Below, in pieces: positions 10,467 to 19,603 of a stretch of 60,024 bases of DNA (positions are counted from its first letter, which is position 1; each line of letters starts with the position of its first letter). The notes below the pieces were generated by a model. The model was not told where the DNA came from. It worked only from the letters and a program-made list of their open reading frames with translations, and searched no databases. The DNA comes from Candidatus Omnitrophota bacterium (GTDB taxonomy: Bacteria; Omnitrophota; Gorgyraeia; 2-02-FULL-51-18; JAGOUK01). The position numbers and the translations under genes are program-made. The stretch lies in contig JBLINS010000005.1 of NCBI GenBank assembly GCA_047639455.1, forward strand, positions 1 to 60,024, in the 5' to 3' direction.

Positions 10467-11213
10467 ATGAAAAAAACGGTTCAAGTTCTCCTGGGCGGTA
10501 TTTTTTTGATTAGTAGCTCAGCACTCGCTGCAGACGCACATCTCACGGGTCAAGCTTCGACATTAGTCCAAAAATCAGTATCTGCCTATACTCAAATGCA
10601 ATCCTATCAATCTCTCATGCAGAGGGAGTACCCGGGCGAGGGCAAAAAATCCGAAGATATATGGGTTAGGTTCGAAAAGCCATTTGCAATTTTTATGGGT
10701 TGGAAAGCTGGTCCTAAAAAGGGTTTGCAAATTGTATATGCCAGGAATCATTTTGAAGACAAGATATTAGCTCGGCCTAAGGGCTTTTTGTTCACTTTTA
10801 TTCCGATTGTGCATATGGCTAAAACAGATCCGCGCATTGGTAGCGAAGAAGAGCATTCCATTGATACAGCGGGTATTGGCTATATGCTCAATGACTTTGC
10901 CGATGACTTTTCAAAGGCTTTAGCTGAGGGTAATATTGACGAAATTTCTATCAATGATGTAGAAATTGACGGAGAAGTGGCTCGAGAGGTGACGGTTGTC
11001 TTTAATGATGAAAATCGTAAATTCCCTAAAGTTAGCATGGCGTATTCCAAGGATCACAACTTACCCGTTGAAACTATATATTTCACAGCTGAAGGTGAGC
11101 CTTATGAAATATATAGGTATTTAGACTTAAAGCCCAATTCTGATTTGAATGACGACGCCAATAAATCCGCTATCGATCACCGCCTACACAAGTATTTAGT
11201 AGACATCCAATAA
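10467..11213 (+). CDS. exported DUF1571-like (LolA-fold) protein
   Basis: Signal peptide; pattern Y...RE...F.KPF.I...W...H.I..AGIG...LP.....E.Y.Y.DL..N resembles DUF1571. Confidence 0.55.
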   Translation: MKKTVQVLLGGIFLISSSALAADAHLTGQASTLVQKSVSAYTQMQSYQSLMQREYPGEGKKSEDIWVRFEKPFAIFMGWKAGPKKGLQIVYARNHFEDKILARPKGFLFTFIPIVHMAKTDPRIGSEEEHSIDTAGIGYMLNDFADDFSKALAEGNIDEISINDVEIDGEVAREVTVVFNDENRKFPKVSMAYSKDHNLPVETIYFTAEGEPYEIYRYLDLKPNSDLNDDANKSAIDHRLHKYLVDIQ

Positions 11214-11232
11214 ACTGTGACTCCTGTTGTTC

Positions 11233-11460
11233 AGGCTGTGTCATAAGCTATTTTGTGGCGTCATTGCGAGGTACAGTTACGGTCTAGCTTCACCGGCATT
11301 AGGTGTCTCGCATTGAGGCTTGTACCGTCACAGTAACGCGGCAATCTGGGGTTATCTTGGATACCAGGTGTCGAATATAAATAAAATTGATTAGTTGTTA
11401 GTCTTAGATTGCCGCGGCCCAAAAACGGCCTTGCTATGACGGGGCATTATGGCACAGCCT
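11233..11460. mobile_element. MITE-like element with 14-bp terminal inverted repeats enclosing a REP doublet
   Basis: AGGCTGTGTCATAA (11233-46) and TTATGGCACAGCCT (11447-60), one mismatch; inside GTCATTGCGAG...GCGGCAATCT and AGATTGCCGC...GCTATGAC; no ORF. Confidence 0.75.
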
Positions 11461-11476
11461 AAATGACACGAAGCAT

Positions 11477-11504
11477 TTGAAAATGCAATGTTATCGAGTA
11501 TAAT
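11477..11504 (+). promoter_or_regulatory. sigma70-type promoter, probably leaderless, for GT2 gene
   Basis: TTGAAA-16 nt-TATAAT with ATG 7 nt downstream and no SD. Confidence 0.55.
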
Positions 11505-11510
11505 CTTCCA

Positions 11511-12677
11511 ATGCACAATATATTATTAGTCCTCAATCTCTATATACTAGTTGAATTCGTTCTGTGGCTACATAGAGCCATGACCATGTTGTCTAGCATT
11601 AAGCAATATAGCGTGATGCCAGCTTTGGCTTGGGCGGCTGAGACTGTTGCCCCCAAAGTTTCTCTAATTATTCCTTGCCGCAATGAAGCTAAGAACTTAC
11701 TACGTCTAATTCCAACATTGGTTGCGCAAGATTACCCTAATTTGGAAATCATACTAATAGATGATCGATCTGAAGATGGAACTTATGCGTTGCTAGAATC
11801 TGCTCAAAAAGAATACTCTCAAATACGAATCATTAAAGGCAAGTCTAAGCCAGATGATTGGACAGGTAAGGTGCATGCGCTGCAGCAGGGCATTGATCAG
11901 GCTAGTGGTGAATGGTTTTTGTTTAGCGATGCTGATACGCAACATCAAAATCATTCCGTTTCTTCAGCCATTGCGCATAGTCAAGTAAGAGAGCTAGACT
12001 TTTTAACCCTAACGTCACATTATTTATGCGAATCTTTTTTTGAGTATTTAATTCAGCCTATGGCCATTGGTTGTTTTGCAGTTTGGTTTAGATTGCAAGA
12101 TGTGAATAACCCAAAATCGGAAGTTCCTTTGGCATGCGGCCACTTCATTTTGATTAAGAAAAAAGTCTTAGAAGCTTTGGGTGGCTTTGCATCTATTCGT
12201 GGAGAGGTATTGGAGGACTTGGCAATTTTTAAAAAAGCCAAACAAGATGGACGCTTCAAAATCGAATTAGCTATAGGCTCACATGTATTTGCGACACGCA
12301 TGTATGATTCATTTATTGCTTCCTGGGCTGGGTGGCGGCGTATATTCATGCATTCCTTGGAACGTAAGCCCAAGGTATTCCTCAAAAAAATATTGGGGCT
12401 CATATTTAATTCCCTAATACCAACGCTATTACCGATAGCCACGTTCTTGATTTGGAAATCTGGCAATCAAGCCTTTGAATTCACGTTTTGGACATCTATC
12501 GGATTAGTAATTCTCATTTATTTTTTAAGATACAAATCTCATCAGGCTATTAAAGCACCATTTTGGCCGATCCTTTTTCACCCTATTTCGGCTTGTATTA
12601 TGATTGGGATTATAATGGATTGCTTGATACGTTTATTACGTAATCAAACCGTTGGTTGGAAAGGCGAACAGTATTAA
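11511..12677 (+). CDS. membrane-bound family 2 glycosyltransferase (HpnI/CrtQ-like, lipid acceptor likely)
   Basis: IIPCRNE, DDRSED, WTGK, FSDAD, GGF...ED; N- and C-terminal TM helices. Confidence 0.9.
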   Translation: MHNILLVLNLYILVEFVLWLHRAMTMLSSIKQYSVMPALAWAAETVAPKVSLIIPCRNEAKNLLRLIPTLVAQDYPNLEIILIDDRSEDGTYALLESAQKEYSQIRIIKGKSKPDDWTGKVHALQQGIDQASGEWFLFSDADTQHQNHSVSSAIAHSQVRELDFLTLTSHYLCESFFEYLIQPMAIGCFAVWFRLQDVNNPKSEVPLACGHFILIKKKVLEALGGFASIRGEVLEDLAIFKKAKQDGRFKIELAIGSHVFATRMYDSFIASWAGWRRIFMHSLERKPKVFLKKILGLIFNSLIPTLLPIATFLIWKSGNQAFEFTFWTSIGLVILIYFLRYKSHQAIKAPFWPILFHPISACIMIGIIMDCLIRLLRNQTVGWKGEQY

Positions 12678-14002
12678 TGTTAGCTAGATTATTGCGATTC
12701 ATTGAATTAAAAACAGTTTGGAAGAACGCAGGTACTGCAATCAAAGTTTATGAAGCGTGCCCGCAATCACTTTTGACCGTACTTAGAATTAAAAACTTTA
12801 AGAATACTATTAAACGGGTAGCGCAAAAATCAATTTTTTATCGGCAGCGTTTTCAGGAATTGAATATCAATCCGCAAGCTATAGTAATGCCAAATGATTT
12901 GGGAAAATTATATACGAATCCGGTTGATTTGCAGGAGCGACCCATGAGTCACTTCACTTGCGACAAGCCACAGACTTCTTTTGAAACCACTGGGACCACT
13001 TCCAAATCACCTAAAAGAGTTTTGTTTTCTTATGCAGAGATAGAGGATATCGGACGCGTTGGAGCAGCGGGTTTGTGGAGATTGGGTATTAGGCCATTGG
13101 ATCGGGTTGCTTCATCGTTTGATTATTCCTTTTGGGTATCAGGCCCGACACTCAAAGCGTCTCTGGAGAACTTGGGCGCATTCCATGTTGAGGCGGGTAG
13201 AATTGACCCTCAAGAATTTTATAATCGGATTAAGCCTTATGGTTGTAACATTATTGTTGCAGATCCGGGTTGGATGGTTAATTTGAGTCAAATTGCTGAA
13301 GTTCAAGGTGCCTGGATGATGAAAATGATTTTAATCGGCGGAGAAAATCTAACCGAAAAATCGCGAAAATACATTGAGCAAGTTTGGCAATGCCCAGTTC
13401 TTTTATCCTATGGTCAAACCGAAGCGTTTGGCATGATAGGCGTTGAGTGCATGGAGCAAAACGGGTATCACTTGAATGACATGGATTTATGGGTCGAAAT
13501 TATAGATCCGGATGAAAATGGTTATGGAGAATTGGTGTATAGCACTCTGAGGCGTGAAGTTATGCCACTTTTACGCTACAAGTCAGGTGATGTCACCAAA
13601 ATCATTAATGAACCTTGTGCTTGTGGAGCTAAGTCTATTCGTTTGGCTAAGCTAAGGGGTAGGGTTGATGATATGGTGGTGACGGGGGCTGGGAATATAG
13701 CCGCATGGATGTTAAATGATATTATTGAAGCCTTGCCATTCGGGATTCATGAATGGCAATTAAGAGTTGGGCGACATGGAATTAAAGATGCATTAGAGTT
13801 GTGGGTTGAGCCGCGTGAAGTGATTGATTTGGATTCAGTCAAGCACGCTGTGTTGAGTTTGATGAAAGAGAAGATGAGCATAGCTTACCAAGGCATTGAT
13901 CAAGGTTTGATTGATTTTGATATAAAAATTGTTGTTGTCGGTGAATTGCGAGGAAATAAACGTAAAGTTAAACGCATAATTGATTCACGCAACTTTGACT
14001 AG
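12677..14002 (+). CDS. phenylacetate-CoA ligase (PaaK)-like adenylate-forming enzyme
   Basis: TTGTT..PK, YGQTE, LLRYKSGD, CACG, GRVDD; TAATG coupling to GT2. Confidence 0.88.
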   Translation: MLARLLRFIELKTVWKNAGTAIKVYEACPQSLLTVLRIKNFKNTIKRVAQKSIFYRQRFQELNINPQAIVMPNDLGKLYTNPVDLQERPMSHFTCDKPQTSFETTGTTSKSPKRVLFSYAEIEDIGRVGAAGLWRLGIRPLDRVASSFDYSFWVSGPTLKASLENLGAFHVEAGRIDPQEFYNRIKPYGCNIIVADPGWMVNLSQIAEVQGAWMMKMILIGGENLTEKSRKYIEQVWQCPVLLSYGQTEAFGMIGVECMEQNGYHLNDMDLWVEIIDPDENGYGELVYSTLRREVMPLLRYKSGDVTKIINEPCACGAKSIRLAKLRGRVDDMVVTGAGNIAAWMLNDIIEALPFGIHEWQLRVGRHGIKDALELWVEPREVIDLDSVKHAVLSLMKEKMSIAYQGIDQGLIDFDIKIVVVGELRGNKRKVKRIIDSRNFD

Positions 14003-14127
14003 GGCTATGCACGGAGTCGGGCCGAGAGTCACCTTGTTTGGTTTGGCACTTGAGGCTGTAGTCTTGTTAGGGGTGGCGGAGTTGTGATATAACATTGCCT
14101 TAAGCAGAGATGGTTAGAGGATTTGAG

Positions 14128-14874
14128 ATGAAATTTAAGGGTAAAAAGGCATTTATTACGGGCGGTACGCGGGGTATTGGGCGTGCCATTGCTAAACGTT
14201 TTGCGGCTCAGGGTTGTGAGATGGTGCTGAATTATTTGGATAAAATCGACGCTGCTCAAGAGACTGCTGGGATAGTTAAGGCTGAGGGTGGAATAGCACA
14301 TTTATTGCAGGGCAATTTGAAAGATCCAATGGACGCCAAGCGCTTAGGAAAACAGGCTGTTGAGCAATTGGGTCGGATAGATTATTTTATACATTGTGCA
14401 GCCTTGGGTTCATTTAAGAGAACGGCCGCGATTAAGCCGAATCAATGGGACTTATCTATGGACATTAATGCCAAGTCATTTTTGGTATTGTGTCAGCAGG
14501 TGAAGCCTGTGATGCCTAATGGCTCTTCTATTGTAGCCTTATCGTCTAGTGGTTCGAATAAGGTTGTTCCGAATTATGGGGCCATAGGGATATCAAAAGC
14601 GGCATTAGAATCTTTGGTGCGTTATTTGGCCGTGGATTATATTCCTGATGGCGTTAGAGTGAATACCGTTTCAGGTGGGTTTATTGATACACAATCTTTA
14701 AGCGCATTTCCTGAATATGAGCGTTTGCGCGATGAAGCCGCTAAGCGCACGCCTGCTGGACGCATTGGTAACCCAGATGACTTGGCTAGTGTAGTCGAAT
14801 TTTTGTGCTCAGATGAATCGCGCTGGATAGTTGGTCAAGTTTTATTAGCTGATGGCGGGATGTCTTTAGTCTGA
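14128..14874 (+). CDS. fabL: enoyl-ACP reductase, FabL-type SDR
   Basis: TGGTRGIG; YGAIGISKAALESL has the Y-x6-K spacing of enoyl reductases, not the YxxxK of FabG. Confidence 0.8.
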   Translation: MKFKGKKAFITGGTRGIGRAIAKRFAAQGCEMVLNYLDKIDAAQETAGIVKAEGGIAHLLQGNLKDPMDAKRLGKQAVEQLGRIDYFIHCAALGSFKRTAAIKPNQWDLSMDINAKSFLVLCQQVKPVMPNGSSIVALSSSGSNKVVPNYGAIGISKAALESLVRYLAVDYIPDGVRVNTVSGGFIDTQSLSAFPEYERLRDEAAKRTPAGRIGNPDDLASVVEFLCSDESRWIVGQVLLADGGMSLV

Positions 14875-15356
14875 TGCAACCCAAATTACCTCTGCCTTGC
14901 ATTGACGAAATATTAGAAATCAAATTGGGCGAATCTGCAATTGGGGTACGCGACGTTAATCCCGCAGAACCTTTTTTTGTAGACCACTTTGTGAACTTCC
15001 CCGTATTGCCGGGTGTATTGATGCTAGAGGGTTTGAGCCAATTATCCTCGTGGCATATTCGTCTAATGGAAGATTTTAAAAACTCACAAATTCGCATGAC
15101 TGAATGTTCACCAGCCAAGTTTAGCCAATTAGTTCGCCCGGGTGACAAAATCCAATTTGAATCTATGTTAATGAGCCAAGAAGGACAAGAATATAAATTC
15201 AAAGGCAAAGTCACCCTCGGTGATAAAAACGTCGCCACCGCACGCTTCAAACTCAAATCCGAATCACTCCTAGACGTGAGCCCAAACTTCAGCCACCTCG
15301 AAGCCGACATGAACGCAAAATACCGCGTCATCCTCAATTCCATTTATAAAAAATAA
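14874..15356 (+). CDS. FabZ-like 3-hydroxyacyl-ACP dehydratase (catalytic dyad intact)
   Basis: FFVDHF...PVLPGVLMLEGLSQ, KF...VRPGD. Confidence 0.88.
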   Translation: MQPKLPLPCIDEILEIKLGESAIGVRDVNPAEPFFVDHFVNFPVLPGVLMLEGLSQLSSWHIRLMEDFKNSQIRMTECSPAKFSQLVRPGDKIQFESMLMSQEGQEYKFKGKVTLGDKNVATARFKLKSESLLDVSPNFSHLEADMNAKYRVILNSIYKK

Positions 15357-15630
15357 ATAGAAAACTTCTATAGTTTTTAGAAACACGTATCAGTCTTAGT
15401 CAAATTTTAGAGTGCGCCTATGCGGAGTGCAATTGTCGCAAAGCGGGCATAGGAGCCGAAACTACCTGATAAACCGACTCTATGGTCGGTATGGGATAAT
15501 CACTTTTTGACCAAATATACACAACTTCTATCATTTGAAACACTTATGATTTTTGGTCATTTAGCTATTGTTAGTACAAATTCAAAATATTATTGATTTA
15601 TAGGCGTTGAAGAGAGATAATTACAGTTCA

Positions 15631-15675
15631 TATAAATACAATATTTTGTCCCTATTAACATATTATAAATACAAT
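15631..15675 (+). promoter_or_regulatory. 12-bp direct repeat upstream of ACP gene, candidate regulator sites
   Basis: TATAAATACAAT at 15631 and 15664 (33-bp period). Confidence 0.4.
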
Positions 15676-15694
15676 TTTAAGAAAGAGGAAAGTC

Positions 15695-16084
15695 ATGTCA
15701 GATAGCGAGTATTTTGAAAAAATTCAGGATTCAATTGCCAAAGCATTGCAAGTGGAAATGGACGAAATTGAAGTTGATTCTAAACTTATAGATGACTTGG
15801 GCGCTGAATCAATCGACTTTTTGGACATTGTTTTTCGTTTGGAGAAAACATTTAATATCAAAATTCCTCGTGATGATTTGTTCCCCGAAAAAGTTTTGAC
15901 AGACGCGCAATATGTGCAAAGTGGTCGAATCACAGCAGACGGTTTGAACATCCTTAAAGAAAAGTTACCAACAATTGATTTGTCTGGTTTTGAAAAAGAA
16001 CCTCTAGTTGCTAAGTTGCCTGATTTATTCACGGTTAAGATGATTGTGGATTATATCGAGCGCCGCATGAAGTCATCCAGTTAA
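15695..16084 (+). CDS. acyl carrier protein with ~45-aa internal insertion
   Basis: DLGAESIDFLDIVFRLEKTFNIKI phosphopantetheine-site motif; FTV..IVDYI end; 129 aa; GAGG RBS. Confidence 0.92.
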   Translation: MSDSEYFEKIQDSIAKALQVEMDEIEVDSKLIDDLGAESIDFLDIVFRLEKTFNIKIPRDDLFPEKVLTDAQYVQSGRITADGLNILKEKLPTIDLSGFEKEPLVAKLPDLFTVKMIVDYIERRMKSSS

Positions 16085-16120
16085 GGCTGATCGTTACAAA
16101 TAAATAGCGAAATTAATTGA

Positions 16121-16483
16121 ATGGCGACTATTTTGGGAGTTGGCATTGATTTGGTTGAAATCAATAGAGCGAAACGACTCATTCAGCAAAATCGTCGGTT
16201 TCTAAAACAATTTCTTTCACCCAAAGAATACAAAATCGTGCAGAAAGCTAAACTTAAAAGCAAGGCTTTTGGTTTGTTATTTGCGGCTAAAGAGGCGGTT
16301 TCAAAAGCCATGGGGATTAGCATTCAATCACCGCGAGCTTTTGCGGATTATGCGGTATATATAAAAGATGGCAAGTTGTGCTGTGACTTTTTAAAAAAAG
16401 GTCTTAAAACTAAACATAGCTTCATTTTATGGCCATTTGAGGAAACAGCTCATATGGGCGTTATTGCATTCAAAGTTTCCTGA
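16121..16483 (+). CDS. acpS: holo-ACP synthase (4'-phosphopantetheinyl transferase)
   Basis: GVGIDLVE and FAAKEAVSKAMG. Confidence 0.9.
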   Translation: MATILGVGIDLVEINRAKRLIQQNRRFLKQFLSPKEYKIVQKAKLKSKAFGLLFAAKEAVSKAMGISIQSPRAFADYAVYIKDGKLCCDFLKKGLKTKHSFILWPFEETAHMGVIAFKVS

Positions 16484-16540
16484 ATGTAAGACAGTTTTTT
16501 TACGTGTTATATAAGTAGAATATATATATTAAATAAATGG

Positions 16541-17035
16541 ATGAATATTGATATGACCATGCGTTGGATGTTGATTGATAAATACACGGATATTGTTAAA
16601 GGCAAGTTTTGCCGTGGTTTGCGCAGCATTACACGTTCAGAGGGTGCTTTATTGGATAATTATCCTTGTTATCCGGTTATGCCATCGAGTCTTTTGATTG
16701 AAATGATGGCTCAGGTGGGTGGCGTCTTAATTGGCGCATCGATTGATTTTGAACGCGAAGTTGTATTGGCTAAAGTAACTGATGCGAGCTTCACGCATAT
16801 GATCACCCCTCCATGTCAATTGACTATTGAGGCTGAGTTAGAAGAATTAGGTGATGATGCGGGCATGACTAAGTGCCAGGTATTAAGAGGTGCCGAAGTT
16901 GTAGCTACAAGCCATATCTTTTTTGGATTATTTAAGGCTTTGGGTGATGAAGGTAAAAAGAGCATGGTATTTTCTAAGGATTTTATGGAATCATTTGCAT
17001 TAAAACAAATTATTGAAGCAGGTCAATATGTCTAA
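16541..17035 (+). CDS. FabZ-like hot-dog protein lacking the catalytic His
   Basis: LLDNYPCYPVMPSSLLIEMMAQ aligns to FabZ HFP..P.MPG...E..AQ with His replaced by Asn. Confidence 0.8.
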   Translation: MNIDMTMRWMLIDKYTDIVKGKFCRGLRSITRSEGALLDNYPCYPVMPSSLLIEMMAQVGGVLIGASIDFEREVVLAKVTDASFTHMITPPCQLTIEAELEELGDDAGMTKCQVLRGAEVVATSHIFFGLFKALGDEGKKSMVFSKDFMESFALKQIIEAGQYV

Positions 17036-18320
17036 GCGACGTGTTGTTATTACAGGTATTGGTTCTGTCAGTCCTTGCGGAGTGGGCATAGATGCTTTGT
17101 GGGGTTCTATTGCCCATAATAATTCAGGCATTAGCACCCCTCAAGAGGGTGATGTGTCATCATTGCCATTACATGCCGCAGGCTATGTGCGTGATTTTAA
17201 ACCTCGCGAATATGTGAAGAATCGCAAGTCGTTAAAAGTCATGTGCCGCGATATACAAATGGCTGTTGCCGCATCAAGTATGGCCAGGGCAGATGCAAAC
17301 TTAGGTGAAGATGCCATTGATGCTAACCGCTCCGGTGTATGTATTGGAGCAGGCTTGTTTGAGCATGATCCAGAAGAAATGGCCGATAGTTTTAAAGCGG
17401 CTTGGAGTGAAAAAAACCCTTTTGATAATGTGCAGTTTGGCGCTGAGGGCATGGGCCAATTATTCCCCCTATGGTTATTGAAATACTTACCAAATATGCC
17501 TGCTTGCCACATAACGATTAATCATAATTTGCGCGGACCTAGTAATACTTTAACCGCGGATAGCTCTGGTTCAGCAGCGGCTATTGAAGAATCATTTCGC
17601 ATTATCCAAAGAGGTACAGCAGATTTAATGTTTTGCGGAGGGGCGGAATCACGATTATTGAGCAGTGGTTTATTACGCTTGCATAGTATGGGACTACTAA
17701 AAAAAGGTAGTCCAGGCGACATTGATTATTCTGTGTTTAGTGAAGATGCATCTGGATTGGTTTTTGGTGAAGGTGGAACAATACTGATTTTGGAAGAATT
17801 GGAAGCTGCTCAAAAGCGCAATGCCAAAATTTATGCCGAAATCAAATCCGTTTTTGCATCCGGTGATTACAATCCGGACGCAGACGCCGCTACAGGATCA
17901 GAAAATAAAGCTTATGCAATGAAGTCCGTGATTGGCAAAGCAGGATTAGATGCAGATGCAATAGGATCTTTGCATTTAAGTGCACGTGGCATTTTGAACG
18001 AAGATCAGAGCGAGGCGAATGCCATAGAAGAAGTTTTTGGTTCAGTTAATACAAAGCCTTCATTGGTTAGCACTAAAACCATAACGAGTTTCATGGGTTA
18101 TGCGGCGGCACCAACAGAATTGGCTATTGCCGCCAAGGCTTTGCATTTGAAGAAAGTTGTTCCAGCTAATATTGGACCTAAGCCATTATTGCAAAATGGG
18201 TATGTGTATGCAGATAAGGGCGTGGACCTTTCCTCAGAAGCTAATGTGATGGTGAATCATTTTGAGTCTAATTTATCTAATCATAGTTTTGTGCTGGCGT
18301 CCGTTGGTGACTTGTCATGA
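17028..18320 (+). CDS. catalytically inactive beta-ketoacyl synthase (chain-length-factor-like)
   Basis: RRVVITGIG and EGG..LILEELE.A..R KS fold; TADSS replaces TAC, LSARG replaces AHGT, TSFM replaces GH. Confidence 0.85.
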   Translation: MSKRRVVITGIGSVSPCGVGIDALWGSIAHNNSGISTPQEGDVSSLPLHAAGYVRDFKPREYVKNRKSLKVMCRDIQMAVAASSMARADANLGEDAIDANRSGVCIGAGLFEHDPEEMADSFKAAWSEKNPFDNVQFGAEGMGQLFPLWLLKYLPNMPACHITINHNLRGPSNTLTADSSGSAAAIEESFRIIQRGTADLMFCGGAESRLLSSGLLRLHSMGLLKKGSPGDIDYSVFSEDASGLVFGEGGTILILEELEAAQKRNAKIYAEIKSVFASGDYNPDADAATGSENKAYAMKSVIGKAGLDADAIGSLHLSARGILNEDQSEANAIEEVFGSVNTKPSLVSTKTITSFMGYAAAPTELAIAAKALHLKKVVPANIGPKPLLQNGYVYADKGVDLSSEANVMVNHFESNLSNHSFVLASVGDLS

Positions 18321-19603
18321 ATAGACGTCGCGTCGTGATTACGGGAATTGGTTCGGTAACACCTATGGGAAATGATGTTCAGTCTACTTGGCAAGGCGTC
18401 TTGGATGGATCTTCAGGCGTAGCACGCATAACACATTTTGATCCTTCTGGTTTCCCCGCCCAAATCGCTGGCGAAGTTAAGAGCTTTGACTTCTCAACAT
18501 GGGTAAAACGCGATCCAATATTAAAACATGCCAAAGCGAATACAAAGTTTGCCTTGGTTGCCTCTGAAGAAGCTATTAAAGATTCCGGGCTTGATTGGGA
18601 GAATTTAGATGCTAAGCGCAAAGGTATATATTTTGCAGCAGGGGACAGTGAAGGATCTGTTGATGTTTTGGGTAAAGCATTTCATAAGGCTTGGCAGGCC
18701 AATGGGAGCTCATTTGATTTAGCTGCCTATTTAGAAGAACGGGCCGGCACAGGTGACGGAGTTGTTGAATGCGAAAAGGAACCCGCGCAAACATTGAGGC
18801 ATATGGTTAAGCATTTTGGCGCAAGAGGGCCTGTTTATAATTGTTTAACAGCCTGTGCGGCGTCGGCTCAGGCTATTGGTGAGGCTGTTGAGCTTATACG
18901 CCATGGTGACGCGGATATTATGTTGAGCGGCGGTTCACACTCTATGATCCACCCCTTTGGCATTGCCGGTTTTTGCTTATTGACCACACTTTCTGTGCTA
19001 AATGATACTCCTGAACAGGCATCCCGCCCCTTTGATGCCACCCGATCAGGCTTTGTGTTATCCGAAGGAGCGGGTGCTGTTATTCTGGAAGAATATGAGC
19101 ATGCTAAAAAGAGGGGTGCTACAATTTATGCTGAATTAGCTGGCTATGGAACAACGGCTGACGCTTATCGTTTGACTGATTCACATCCTGAAGGCATTGG
19201 CGCAAGTGCGGCTTTAGAAATGGCTATTAAAGATTCAGGTGTAGCCTTAACTGATGTTGACTATTTGAATGCGCATGGAACTTCTACAAAGGTGAATGAT
19301 GCCGTTGAAACAATAGCGATTAAAAAAATATTTGGTGAACACGCAAAGGACCTGTGGGTGAGCTCAACAAAGTCTATGACGGGTCACTTAATTGCAGCAG
19401 CAGGTGTTGTGGAATTGATTATATGTTTATTGGCCATGCGTGATGGAGTTGCTCCTCCAACAATAAATTATAAACATAAAGATCCTGATTGTGATTTGGA
19501 CTATATTCCTAATCAATCGCGTCAAAAAGAGATTAATGTTTGCGCATCAAACTCTTTTGGCTTCGGTGGACAAAATATTGTTTTGGTGGTTAAAAAGACA
19601 TGA
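18317..19603 (+). CDS. fabF: beta-ketoacyl-ACP synthase II-type ketosynthase (active)
   Basis: TACAAS, NAHGTST, KSMTGHL, NSFGFGG: Cys-His-His triad intact. Confidence 0.92.
   Translation: MNRRRVVITGIGSVTPMGNDVQSTWQGVLDGSSGVARITHFDPSGFPAQIAGEVKSFDFSTWVKRDPILKHAKANTKFALVASEEAIKDSGLDWENLDAKRKGIYFAAGDSEGSVDVLGKAFHKAWQANGSSFDLAAYLEERAGTGDGVVECEKEPAQTLRHMVKHFGARGPVYNCLTACAASAQAIGEAVELIRHGDADIMLSGGSHSMIHPFGIAGFCLLTTLSVLNDTPEQASRPFDATRSGFVLSEGAGAVILEEYEHAKKRGATIYAELAGYGTTADAYRLTDSHPEGIGASAALEMAIKDSGVALTDVDYLNAHGTSTKVNDAVETIAIKKIFGEHAKDLWVSSTKSMTGHLIAAAGVVELIICLLAMRDGVAPPTINYKHKDPDCDLDYIPNQSRQKEINVCASNSFGFGGQNIVLVVKKT

Noticed and set aside
14786-15343. 185-aa minus-strand ORF and similar antisense ORFs (6437, 12053, 22966)
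   Set aside because: Entirely opposite well-supported genes
15425-15495. GTCGCAAAGC resembling a c-di-GMP-I riboswitch core
   Set aside because: The GCAAACC/GAAA P2 arm and P1 pairing are not present
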